Shown here piece by piece: positions 18,930 to 27,795 of a stretch of DNA of 64,000 nt; within the stretch, counting starts at the first letter, position 1, and each line of letters begins with the position of its first letter. Position numbers and translations under genes: made by a program. Under the pieces are notes generated by a model. The model made no database searches, had not been told where the DNA came from, and saw only the letters and a list, made by a program, of their open reading frames with translations. Origin of the DNA: Candidatus Dojkabacteria bacterium (GTDB taxonomy: Bacteria > Patescibacteriota > Dojkabacteria > JAHIVN01); assembly GCA_016932045.1 (NCBI GenBank), contig JAFGDO010000002.1, forward strand, positions 2,553-66,552, given 5' to 3'.

Positions 18930-21674
18930 ATGAAAAAATCAAGAGTTTGGATTCTGTTGCTTTTTATTTTCCTAGTAGGTCTCGGCGGAGCCGCTGTATG
19001 GATCGGCTGGCGTCTTCAACAGGAAGAAGAAGTTATTCCACAGGAAAGCGAAGCTGCAGCAGGTGACCATCAATGTATAGGTTACAATAACAATCCAGAT
19101 GATTGGGGGCATGTTGATTTTTGTTTATCTGGTACGAGTACTGCTTGTAATGAAGCACAGGCAGAATACTATGCAGGGAAAGGTTGCAGAGGATGTTGTT
19201 CAAAGATGATCCCTTGTACTAAACAACAAGTTGATTATGACAATGATTACAAAGTAGTCGTATACGGTCCTAATCCTGGTGGAGGAGAGTGGTGTAGGGA
19301 GTATCTACCGGGAGATGATGGGAGTCGGAAGTGTGGACGAGACACGCCTGATCCTGATACTTGGGACTGGACAAATTGTACTGTGTGCGATGATGTCCAA
19401 GCGGAATGGGATTTTGATTCGCAGCCCGGGAAAGTTGTTTTAAGAATTACAAGTGCAGCTATGCACGATATGGACAATATAAATAGCTCACATAATCAAG
19501 ATGATGTGCCAGCGATAATGTCAAAGCAAAGAATGAGAGTCGAAATAAATAGATATGACGCAGGGGGCAATGTCATAGGTTCAGCACAGAATATCTCAGG
19601 ACAATTAGAGTTCTTACCAGATAATTGTTCTTTAACCTATAAACTTGGGAAAAGTAACGCTGGTTGCAACTATGGGAGAGACTGTGCTATTGATCCGAAC
19701 GATCTTTGTTGTGATGGAAATGGCCCGCGATGGGGAACGTGGAATGGGGGCTATAGGTGTAATTTATCAAATACTAGAGAATACACCTTCGATGTTGATC
19801 GCAACGCAGATAGTTATGGATATACTTTCTATGTAGAGGGTTTTAGTCCATTTACCAACTCACAGTGGAAGACGGCTGATACTTGCAAGGGGTTTGTGGA
19901 TGCACCTGAGCAGTTTAATTGCGGAGATCCCTGTACAAATCCTCAGGGATCTTGTGATGACGGGAGTAATTGTATTGATCTTAGAGATATTATTCCAGCA
20001 GGAGAAGAAGCTTGTGATGGATATGTGTGTTGTGTAGGAGATGATTTCATTGATGAATTTGGTAATGTGAATTGTCCTTTCAGCGAACATGTAGCTAGTG
20101 GATGTAGATGTCTTGAAACTATTCAGTGTGACAGTATGTCCTCACCTCAGGCAGTTGGAGATACTATCACGGTGCAGCAGGAGGGTGATACATTCGTGAT
20201 TACAGTACAGGGAACAGATGGTGATGGAACGATCAGACAGATCTCCATATGTTCAGCTGTTGCAAATCAGCCAGATGAGTATTATCGGAGGGGACTAGAG
20301 GTATGGAATTGTGAGGAAACTCAATCTGCTGATAATACTTTTACAATTACTCGAACTTATGCATCATTAGTCGACGGTCAGGGTGATGATGATGTTTTAA
20401 ATCCTGATGGACTGGATATTAGTGCAAACAGCATAGTGTTCGCAGCTAATTTATGGGATGAGCCGGATAGAAGTATATTTTGCTCATCAAATCCAGGCTA
20501 TGGCGATACATCTCATGGTATTTTATATGGGAATTATTGTTCTCAGGATCCTGCCGCTTGTGACCTGTGTAACTTAGGAACAAATAGCTGTAGGATGATT
20601 TTACAACTGGCAGAAGAAGAGTGCGATTGTACTTCGATCCAGAGAAGTCCTAGTGGTGATACGATTGCCCCAGGAAGTAATGTATGGGTTCAAGTTACTG
20701 ATTCTTGTGAGATAGGCTATAGTGAAGTCGAATGGTTTTGGAGCGAAGGAGAAACTGGTACGCCTCAGCAGACGAACTTCAGTGATAGGATACCTGGGCC
20801 AAGTGATGATCCTGAGCTGAACCATAGCGTGATTTTTTCCGTTCCCGTAACAGCAAGCGGGACAATATGCATTTGGGCACGAACTCAAGGTGAGGATGAT
20901 CCTGATTGCCGGGATTGTTTTAATATTGGAGGCGAAGAGGAACCAGCTTACGCAGCAGTAAAGACGAGCGAGATGGTATGTATAAATAATAATAGTGCAG
21001 CAAGGATAACATATAGAATTCATGTAAGGAATATATCAGGAGTAGTAGGTACAATTGATTATGTAGAAGACACATATGATTCAAGGATACAAACAAGCTG
21101 GGTAAGCGGTATAAGCCCGCTTCCATATGAGCACACAGGAAACGTGATAAGGTGGGATAATAATGATACTGGATATGTCCTGCAGCCAAATGATGGTGCA
21201 GCTGGTGGAGCAGATGAGATAGAGTTCAGCTATATAGTGACAGTACCATCAGAATATTTTGGCACGTGGGAGGGAGGAGTATTTGTACCGTATCAGTATA
21301 GGAATCATGCTGTCGTCAAGCCGAGAGACGAGGAACCCATAGAACTGGCAACAGTAGTAAGTATTCAATGTGCCGTCGGTACAGGTATTTTTAGCAGTGC
21401 AGTGAAGGATATGTTAATTGGTCTAATACTTATTCTGCTTGGATTGACTATGATAAGGATACATGAAAGTACCTATAAATACCTTATACCAATAGAATAT
21501 GCATATAAAGAGAGTGTTATAGGTCTGAAAAATGGTGTAAATATGGTTAGAACTGAATGCAAAGCTGTACTAGATAAGTGTAAAACGTTTGTGTTTGAGA
21601 GGTTTAAGCTTACAAGCAAAGAAAGATTTGAACGTAAAATTGTAAGAAGAGCAGAAAAGAAAAAAGGGACCTAG
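18930..21674 (+). CDS. Giant Cys-rich surface protein (914 aa) with N-terminal signal-anchor, DUF11-like C-terminal module, C-terminal TM helix and basic cytoplasmic tail
   Basis: N-terminus MKKSRVWILLLFIFLVGLGGAAVWIGWRL. More than 60 Cys in the ectodomain. C-terminal TYRIHVRNISG...DYVEDTYD resembles the DUF11 conserved repeat. Then a TM helix IGLILILLGLTMI and the tail ...SKERFERKIVRRAEKKKGT. Confidence 0.6.
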   Translation: MKKSRVWILLLFIFLVGLGGAAVWIGWRLQQEEEVIPQESEAAAGDHQCIGYNNNPDDWGHVDFCLSGTSTACNEAQAEYYAGKGCRGCCSKMIPCTKQQVDYDNDYKVVVYGPNPGGGEWCREYLPGDDGSRKCGRDTPDPDTWDWTNCTVCDDVQAEWDFDSQPGKVVLRITSAAMHDMDNINSSHNQDDVPAIMSKQRMRVEINRYDAGGNVIGSAQNISGQLEFLPDNCSLTYKLGKSNAGCNYGRDCAIDPNDLCCDGNGPRWGTWNGGYRCNLSNTREYTFDVDRNADSYGYTFYVEGFSPFTNSQWKTADTCKGFVDAPEQFNCGDPCTNPQGSCDDGSNCIDLRDIIPAGEEACDGYVCCVGDDFIDEFGNVNCPFSEHVASGCRCLETIQCDSMSSPQAVGDTITVQQEGDTFVITVQGTDGDGTIRQISICSAVANQPDEYYRRGLEVWNCEETQSADNTFTITRTYASLVDGQGDDDVLNPDGLDISANSIVFAANLWDEPDRSIFCSSNPGYGDTSHGILYGNYCSQDPAACDLCNLGTNSCRMILQLAEEECDCTSIQRSPSGDTIAPGSNVWVQVTDSCEIGYSEVEWFWSEGETGTPQQTNFSDRIPGPSDDPELNHSVIFSVPVTASGTICIWARTQGEDDPDCRDCFNIGGEEEPAYAAVKTSEMVCINNNSAARITYRIHVRNISGVVGTIDYVEDTYDSRIQTSWVSGISPLPYEHTGNVIRWDNNDTGYVLQPNDGAAGGADEIEFSYIVTVPSEYFGTWEGGVFVPYQYRNHAVVKPRDEEPIELATVVSIQCAVGTGIFSSAVKDMLIGLILILLGLTMIRIHESTYKYLIPIEYAYKESVIGLKNGVNMVRTECKAVLDKCKTFVFERFKLTSKERFERKIVRRAEKKKGT

Positions 21675-21775
21675 TTGTTATTTCCTCACAAGGCAAATTG
21701 ATCATCTATGCACTTTTTTTCTGACGCATCTTATGTTATATTATCGGCATAGTAAATATTCGTATATTTTCTACG

Positions 21776-22903
21776 ATGAAGAGATCTAGAATTATCATGC
21801 TGGTTATCCTTTTTATAACCCTTATACTTGGTGGAGTAGCGATATGGCTGGGCTTGAGACTCGGGAAAGAAGAGGAAGTAACTCCAGAGGAAAGTGAGGC
21901 TGCATCAGAAGAGGTAACTAATGCTGATACGCTTAAAACTCAGGCGCAAAGAGAAGAATTTAACAGAAAATGGCAGACGTTTATTGCAGATGAAACTAAA
22001 ACTTGGAGGGACTATGTTGAATATGCAATGGGGGAAGGAGCTAGATACGAATGCACAAGAGTTATAATGAGTAATGTGGGAGCTGAAAGCCTCTATGGCT
22101 GTGATTTAAATGCGCTATTTGTTATTTATGATTTGCCAACCTATATTTCTACTCAGCCGATTGGTCCTCAGGATCCGAATTTAAATGCAGTACTTAATGA
22201 ACTGATAACTGACTCGGGTCTTCTGCAGAAAGCTGCTGAGATGGATATAATTACATTAGATGAGACATTTTTCAATTCCCCATCAAAAGATATGTTTGAA
22301 AGGTTTAGTAAGGTAGAAACTGCAAGGGTAGCCATAGGTGATCAGTTTGTGAAGCGTGTTGATTTTGAGGCGGTTGTAATTTACTTTCACAATGAATATG
22401 ATCCACAAATTCCTCTTGAGCAGGCGAAAGAAGCGGCAAAGACAAAGATGGATATTCTCTACGGGCGACTGGAGACAGGTGAAATCACGATGAGACAGGC
22501 AGGAGAAGAAATCATAAATGATAATATTCAAGGTGATACTACTGGAGTATCTCTGACTCAACTTGATCGATTGTACAAAGAGAATGCTTATATAGAAGTT
22601 ATAGGTCATGAGTTTGGGGAGAGAATTTTTAAAGATGAGGTTTATGATGAGGAGCTGCGAAGTCTTGGCGAAGGTCAGATGAGTACAGTAAGACTCTGCA
22701 AGGATTATAAATTTACCCCGGAGGAGTTATTTGAGGCAAATGGTGAGACTACTGAATTTCCACTAGTTGATAGCTGCTATATAATTTTTAAAGTAAATAA
22801 AATAACTTTTGGGCTGGGAAGAGAGTTTTCAGGAGATACATTGGAGGAGGTAGAAGATAGTATACAAGATAATTACGACCAAGCAGTGGACTATAATCTA
22901 TGA
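21776..22903 (+). CDS. Membrane-anchored/exported protein (375 aa) sharing the N-terminal anchor module of the 914-aa protein
   Basis: N-terminus MKRSRIIMLVILFITLILGGVAIWLGLRLGKEEEVTPEESEAA is paralogous to residues 1-45 of the 18930 gene. The rest is acidic and soluble. Confidence 0.5.
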   Translation: MKRSRIIMLVILFITLILGGVAIWLGLRLGKEEEVTPEESEAASEEVTNADTLKTQAQREEFNRKWQTFIADETKTWRDYVEYAMGEGARYECTRVIMSNVGAESLYGCDLNALFVIYDLPTYISTQPIGPQDPNLNAVLNELITDSGLLQKAAEMDIITLDETFFNSPSKDMFERFSKVETARVAIGDQFVKRVDFEAVVIYFHNEYDPQIPLEQAKEAAKTKMDILYGRLETGEITMRQAGEEIINDNIQGDTTGVSLTQLDRLYKENAYIEVIGHEFGERIFKDEVYDEELRSLGEGQMSTVRLCKDYKFTPEELFEANGETTEFPLVDSCYIIFKVNKITFGLGREFSGDTLEEVEDSIQDNYDQAVDYNL

Positions 22904-25446
22904 ATCATTTAAAAAATAAAACAATTTGTTTCATCTTTTTGTGTTTAGGAATTCTTGTATTCTCGTTTTTTCTTGTTATAAAGCCGAGTCCTGTATCTGC
23001 CGGTTCTGTACTTGATCATGAGTTTTATATAGAGATACCTACAGGTCGAAGAGTACCATTACAAGGAGCTTCGGTACATTCTGTAGGAGTTGATAATTAT
23101 GGTCAATGGGGGAATAAAGACTACATTACACGTTCAAATTATTGCGGTTATGGTAGTGCTGCAGGAGGAGCCCACTGCAGGACAAAAGCATCTTGCGATC
23201 ATTGGGGATATCATGCTCCATTTCTTCCAAAAAGTTACAATAGTGCATCAGACGTCTATACGCCAAGAGCGGATGTATATGGGTGGTGCGGGAATTTAGA
23301 TGCATCACATGCGCATTTCTATAATGGTCAAACGATGACACAGCGATTCCCTTGGTTTCCCTTTGAAAATGGGAATCCAAGAGGTTCGAGTACTTCATAT
23401 TGGACTGCTGAGATAGTTTCGCAGCAGAATAATAAGCTTCAATTATGGGGTAAAGCTCAGCCGGATGACCATGAAGCACGTAAAGCGACTGATGATTGCA
23501 GAAGAACGGACGAACGGGAAACTATATTGCAGGAATGGGGTAGATTAGACGATTTCCCGAACAAAGCTTCTTGGAAGCAGGGAGAGATTGTTTACGATGG
23601 AGTCGGAGGGAATGCTCTTCATGGAACCGTAAGATGGATTCTTCATGAAACACAGACTGTGTCAGACCTCAAGATAAGTGGCAAGGTTTATTGCCAAGAT
23701 GATGGAGATCCTACTCCTTATCCTGTTAATGGTGCAACTGTTTCTATATATAAAGATGGTGTGAAAGAAACTGTAGATGTTGCAACGAATGAAAGTGGAA
23801 ACTTTTCATATGATGCAAGATCATATGAGGGAGGTTTTGCTGTCAGATTTAAGAATTTACCAAGTGGGACTTTAAGAACCGGACTACCATATGATCAGAT
23901 GGTTGGTCCAACAGCTGTAAATTGTGCTAGTGGCGTTGTAACGGGTTGTCAAGAAGGTTCTCCTCCGGGAAGTTTCTGTGGGACGAACAATTTATCTTAT
24001 GAGTATTGCGGTCTTGGTAGTGGCAATCATTCAGGATTTGATTTCAGATATACTAATTGTTCAGCAGGATTGGTTTGTGAAAATTTGGCTTCAGATATTG
24101 ATCTTACCTCTATTAGCGAAGATGACTTAAGGGCGGAAGATATGGAAATTGCTATATCTGCAGAGATGAATGCAAATAATGTATCTGTAAGTTCAACTGG
24201 TGCCTATACTTATTACACAAACATCCCGGGTGCCTATTTCGCTGGTGATCCTGCTAATACTGGAAGCTATACAGATGGTCCAAATACGACAATTACAATT
24301 CCGGCAGGTACAAGTATTAGCGATGAAGACTACTTTGTCAGTGTAGTTATCCAGGGTAGCATAGGTTCAACTAATTATGCTTCTGGCTGCTATTCGACTG
24401 GAAATTGTGTACAAGGAGGTGAGAATTGTATTTTAGCATTTCAGCCTACAGCAGGAACGTGTGATTGCAGGAGTATGTCAGTTAGTCCTGATCCAACTAC
24501 AGTAAATCCTGTTGCTGGTTCAAATATTGTCTACCAGATAAATATTGCCGATACGAATGGAGTCCCGTGTAATGTAGAGGACAGTGAAATAAATTGGGAA
24601 GTATATGAGGGTAGTCCGACACTTGAAGTTATCGAGAGAGGTCCAACAACTGTTCCCGGGAATCCCGGACCGACTCACTATATTATATACAGAATTCCCG
24701 ATGGAGTTCCCGAAGGAACCCAGTATTGTGTCCGTGCCGAAGTGGATAATTTTGGAGTAAGAGAAGCGTGTAATGCTTGTTTTACGACAGGTACTGACGA
24801 GGTGCCTCTATTTGTTGCAGTAAAGACAAGTGAAGTTGTTTGTATTAATAACAATACAGCAGCACGAATTACTTATCGTATAAGAGTAAGAAATATATCG
24901 GGAATGGAGGGGATAATTGATTATGTTGAGGACACCTATGATTCAAGGATACAAACTAGTTGGGTGAGCAGTATTAGTCCGACTCCCTATGATCATACGG
25001 GGAATGTAATTAGGTGGGATAATAATGATACCGGATACACATTACAACCAAATGACGGAACTACGGGTGGAGCGGATGAGATGGAGTTCAGTTATATTGT
25101 GACAGTACCATCAGAATATTTTGGTACGTGGGAAGGTGGGGTATTTGTACCGTATCAATATAGGAATCATGCTATCGTCAAGCCAAGAGACCAAGGTCAG
25201 ATTGAACTCAGTACTGTTGTACAAATTCAATGTGCGGGTGTTACTACCGGTATTTTTGACAAAGCATTGACAAGTGTTTTGATAGGACTATTACTAGTTA
25301 TGTTTGGAGGAGTATTGCTAAAAGCTGATAGTTATGTTTATAGGTTCGTGCCTCAATTCAATTCTTATATTAAAAAAGTTATTCCTAGCAGGAAAGAAAG
25401 ATTTGAGAAAAAAGCGATAAAGAGAGTAGATGAGGGGGAGAAGTAG
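22900..25446 (+). CDS. Giant Cys-rich surface protein paralog (848 aa), signal peptide plus DUF11-like C-terminal module plus TM plus basic tail
   Basis: The C-terminal roughly 150 aa are about 85% identical at protein level to the 914-aa protein (VKTSEVVCINNNTAARITYRIRVRNISG...FGTWEGGVFVPYQYRNHAIVKPRD). TM helix LIGLLLVMFGGVLL and tail ...PSRKERFEKKAIKRVDEGEK. Confidence 0.6.
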   Translation: MNHLKNKTICFIFLCLGILVFSFFLVIKPSPVSAGSVLDHEFYIEIPTGRRVPLQGASVHSVGVDNYGQWGNKDYITRSNYCGYGSAAGGAHCRTKASCDHWGYHAPFLPKSYNSASDVYTPRADVYGWCGNLDASHAHFYNGQTMTQRFPWFPFENGNPRGSSTSYWTAEIVSQQNNKLQLWGKAQPDDHEARKATDDCRRTDERETILQEWGRLDDFPNKASWKQGEIVYDGVGGNALHGTVRWILHETQTVSDLKISGKVYCQDDGDPTPYPVNGATVSIYKDGVKETVDVATNESGNFSYDARSYEGGFAVRFKNLPSGTLRTGLPYDQMVGPTAVNCASGVVTGCQEGSPPGSFCGTNNLSYEYCGLGSGNHSGFDFRYTNCSAGLVCENLASDIDLTSISEDDLRAEDMEIAISAEMNANNVSVSSTGAYTYYTNIPGAYFAGDPANTGSYTDGPNTTITIPAGTSISDEDYFVSVVIQGSIGSTNYASGCYSTGNCVQGGENCILAFQPTAGTCDCRSMSVSPDPTTVNPVAGSNIVYQINIADTNGVPCNVEDSEINWEVYEGSPTLEVIERGPTTVPGNPGPTHYIIYRIPDGVPEGTQYCVRAEVDNFGVREACNACFTTGTDEVPLFVAVKTSEVVCINNNTAARITYRIRVRNISGMEGIIDYVEDTYDSRIQTSWVSSISPTPYDHTGNVIRWDNNDTGYTLQPNDGTTGGADEMEFSYIVTVPSEYFGTWEGGVFVPYQYRNHAIVKPRDQGQIELSTVVQIQCAGVTTGIFDKALTSVLIGLLLVMFGGVLLKADSYVYRFVPQFNSYIKKVIPSRKERFEKKAIKRVDEGEK

Positions 25447-25646
25447 ATACTGTCTGTATTCTTTATAGAATAGTTCTCCTTGAATTCCTAAAATAATAGA
25501 GTGTCTTTTCCAATTGCAACATATTGTTGATTGAATTCTATGGTTATCATGGAGGATAGAAGGTAAGTGACACTTCGGCAAGCTCAGTGTCATCCTTCTT
25601 CAAGATAGAGTGTTTTAGGCAAGCTTGTCCTGAGCTTGTCGAAGGA

Positions 25647-25718
25647 TGAGGGCGAGAGGACTCGAACCTCCAACCTAACGGTTAAGAGCCGTTTGCTCTA
25701 CCATTGAGCTACGCCCCC
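25647..25718 (-). tRNA. tRNA-Lys (anticodon CUU)
   Basis: The reverse complement folds as a cloverleaf. Acceptor GGGGGCG/CGCCCUC (one G-U). D arm GCUC-AAUGGU-AGAGC. Anticodon stem AACGG/CCGUU with loop CUCUUAA. T arm GGAGG-UUCGAGU-CCUCU. Discriminator A. CCA not encoded. Confidence 0.8.
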
Positions 25719-25785
25719 GATTTAAATGTACTTTTAATTATATAGTAACTTCCCTTTTTGCTCTACTCCCGCTTCTCCCGCATAG

Positions 25786-25876
25786 CAAGATAAGAGCCGT
25801 TTGCTCTACAATTGTCCGCCCTAGGCGCCTGCCTGTCGGCAGACAGGGATCAGCCTTGGGCAGAAGCTACGCCCCC
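25786..25876 (-). pseudogene. tRNA-Lys 5'-half remnant (acceptor/D-arm/anticodon 5' side) interrupted by a 49-nt hairpin element
   Basis: Minus sense reads GGGGGCGUAGCUU, then a 49-nt insert, then CAAUUGUAGAGCAAACGGCUCUUAUC. This copies the first roughly 38 nt of the adjacent tRNA-Lys, but the 3' half is absent. Confidence 0.6.
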
Positions 25877-26026
25877 ATACTATGCTAAAGCTTCATATGG
25901 TAAACCTAAGCCTCTACTTTCATGATCAATAATCAATTTTCAATTAGAAATGAATAATTTTAGATTAGTAATTATTCACTCAGTAACGTAATAAGAGAGC
26001 AAGTATATCACAACTCCTTTAATTTC

Positions 26027-26100
26027 TGCACCTGAGAGGATTCGAACCCCTAACCCCTCGTTCCGAAGACGAGTGCTCTATCCAGTTGAGCTACAGGTGC
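26027..26100 (-). tRNA. tRNA-Arg (anticodon UCG)
   Basis: Acceptor GCACCUG/CAGGUGC. D arm GCUC-AACUGGAU-AGAGC. Anticodon stem CUCGU/ACGAG with loop CUUCGGA. T arm AGGGG-UUCGAAU-CCUCU. Discriminator A. Confidence 0.8.
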
Positions 26101-26321
26101 AATACAACACCACTATCCATAGATTATATTTAAATGTGACCTCAAACTCAAGAAAAGGAGCTTTAAAAAAGAGGTCTCATAGGATATGGTGGTGTAAAAT
26201 TAAGTTGTATTTTCGACAAAAAATTCTGAGCAAAGTTGACATCATCCATATAAACTGCGATATTATATAGATACACAAATAATTCTTATTTTTTTAAAAT
26301 TTAAGTTTTGAATTTTGCTTT

Positions 26322-27773
26322 ATGAAGAATTATTTTAGAGAAATATGGGGAGTTCTTACGAAAGCCTCGTATGCGGAAAATGTAAGCAATCAGAGACATT
26401 CGCGTTTGCTGGCAACTTTGTTAACACTTGTCATTCCTGTAGGACTCGTTCTAACAGTATTTCCTGGATTGACGCTTTATGGTAGTACAATGGAGATTAT
26501 TGTATCTCTAATTGTACTTGTGTCGTCATTTTTGTTGGTTTTAGGATACATTCTTAGTACCTCAGTTAGGCATTCTCAGATTACTATCGCAGTAATAGGG
26601 CTGTGTTCCTTTGTCATCATAAGTGCAGCTTTGGTTGATATAAATCTTCTTCCTTTTCTTGTCGTACCGTTACTTCTTAGTGCTATATTCCTTTCGGCTA
26701 AGGTGACTATCATACTGATGTTTCTAAATCTTGTCGGAGTCCTTCTAGTGCCAACATATATCTTAGGAGGAACTATAAGTACAAAGATATTCTGGGTTTT
26801 TAGCTTCTTATTGGTAGCATCTTTCTTATTACTCAATATTATCCGTTATAGAACACGTCTCGAACAAAGCCATAGACAGCTCATGACTGAGGGGAAAAGA
26901 CAGTTTACATCAGTTGCTCAGAAGACAAAGGATGCAATTATTACTATTGATGCAATTGGTAAGGTTATCTCATTTAATAAAGCTGCAGAGGATATATTTA
27001 AGTACTTGAGCGAAGATATTCAGGGTTCACATATTTCAGAACTATGCCCCCAGATTCCTGAAAAGTTTCCTAAAGACCATACAATAAAAATTGAGGAAAG
27101 GGGAGAGATAAAAATTACCGATATTCTTGATAAAACGCTTGAGCTTAACGGAAAACGAAGGGACGGAGGGGTATTTCCGATAATGATCTCACTAGCATCT
27201 TGGAAGACTGAAGATGGCTTATTCTATACTGTGATAGTAAGAGATCTATCAGAAAAGAGAAAGATGGAGCAAGAAATAATTGTCGAAAAGGGTAAGGCAC
27301 AACTGTATCTTAGTGTGGCCGGTGTAATAATTGTAGTACTTGATAAGGATTTGAAGGTTGTCCTTATTAATGAGAGGGGAAGTGAGATACTGAAAATTGA
27401 ACCTAAATCTGCAGTAGGGAGTGAATGGGTGGGTAACTTTATTGCCGAAAGAGACAGGGGGAAAGTGGACTCTATTCTAAGGCAAATTTCAGAAGGAGCA
27501 GAAGGAGTACCGGATAAATTCGAGAGTGCGGTTGTCACAAGGGATCATCAGCTAAGAGATGTTTCTTGGCATATAGGAGTGTTAAGAGATGATCGGGACA
27601 ATGTTTCGGCTGTAGTTTTTTCAGGTGAAGACATTACTGAAAGAAAACTTATGGAGAAGAAATTAAAGGCAAGAAATAAGGAACTTGAAAAGTTAAATAA
27701 AGCTATGGTTGGAAGAGAGCTTAAAATGATTGATCTTAAAAGAAGGATCAAAGATTTAGAGGATAGGGGCTAA
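26322..27773 (+). CDS. Membrane sensor protein with multi-TM N-terminal domain, PAS domains and C-terminal coiled coil; no kinase or other output domain
   Basis: About 6 TM helices, then PAS-like segments (ITIDAIGKVISFNKAAEDIF...; VLDKDLKVVLINERGSEIL...) and a terminal KELEKLNKAMVGRELKMIDLKRRIKDLE coiled coil. Confidence 0.55.
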   Translation: MKNYFREIWGVLTKASYAENVSNQRHSRLLATLLTLVIPVGLVLTVFPGLTLYGSTMEIIVSLIVLVSSFLLVLGYILSTSVRHSQITIAVIGLCSFVIISAALVDINLLPFLVVPLLLSAIFLSAKVTIILMFLNLVGVLLVPTYILGGTISTKIFWVFSFLLVASFLLLNIIRYRTRLEQSHRQLMTEGKRQFTSVAQKTKDAIITIDAIGKVISFNKAAEDIFKYLSEDIQGSHISELCPQIPEKFPKDHTIKIEERGEIKITDILDKTLELNGKRRDGGVFPIMISLASWKTEDGLFYTVIVRDLSEKRKMEQEIIVEKGKAQLYLSVAGVIIVVLDKDLKVVLINERGSEILKIEPKSAVGSEWVGNFIAERDRGKVDSILRQISEGAEGVPDKFESAVVTRDHQLRDVSWHIGVLRDDRDNVSAVVFSGEDITERKLMEKKLKARNKELEKLNKAMVGRELKMIDLKRRIKDLEDRG

Positions 27774-27795
27774 TCTTATAATACTAAAGATCCTT

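Noticed and set aside
19247-21189. Several 60-140-aa ORFs on the minus strand (and one plus-strand frame) within the 914-aa surface protein gene, plus similar ones within glyA, folD, gatB, recJ, typA and the kinases
   Set aside because: All are embedded in, and out of frame with or antisense to, longer ORFs with recognisable domains. None has independent support.
6190-21776. Shared 'aatattcgtat' motif just upstream of the gatB and 21776 start codons as a possible regulatory box
   Set aside because: There are only two occurrences in a very AT-rich genome. It is likely chance or generic -10-like sequence, with no further evidence.
25318-25593. 91-aa minus-strand ORF overlapping the 3' end of the 848-aa gene
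   Set aside because: It overlaps the confidently called C-terminal cassette and the tail extends into the noncoding tRNA region. It is spurious.
25786-25876. Possibility that the tRNA-Lys remnant is a functional tRNA with a D-loop intron
   Set aside because: After the insert the sequence lacks the 3' half of the anticodon stem, the T arm and the acceptor 3' strand, so it cannot fold into a tRNA. It is treated as a remnant or element-insertion scar instead.
26073-26270. 65-aa plus-strand ORF overlapping tRNA-Arg(UCG)
   Set aside because: It starts inside the tRNA gene on the opposite strand and has no coding-like composition. It is spurious.
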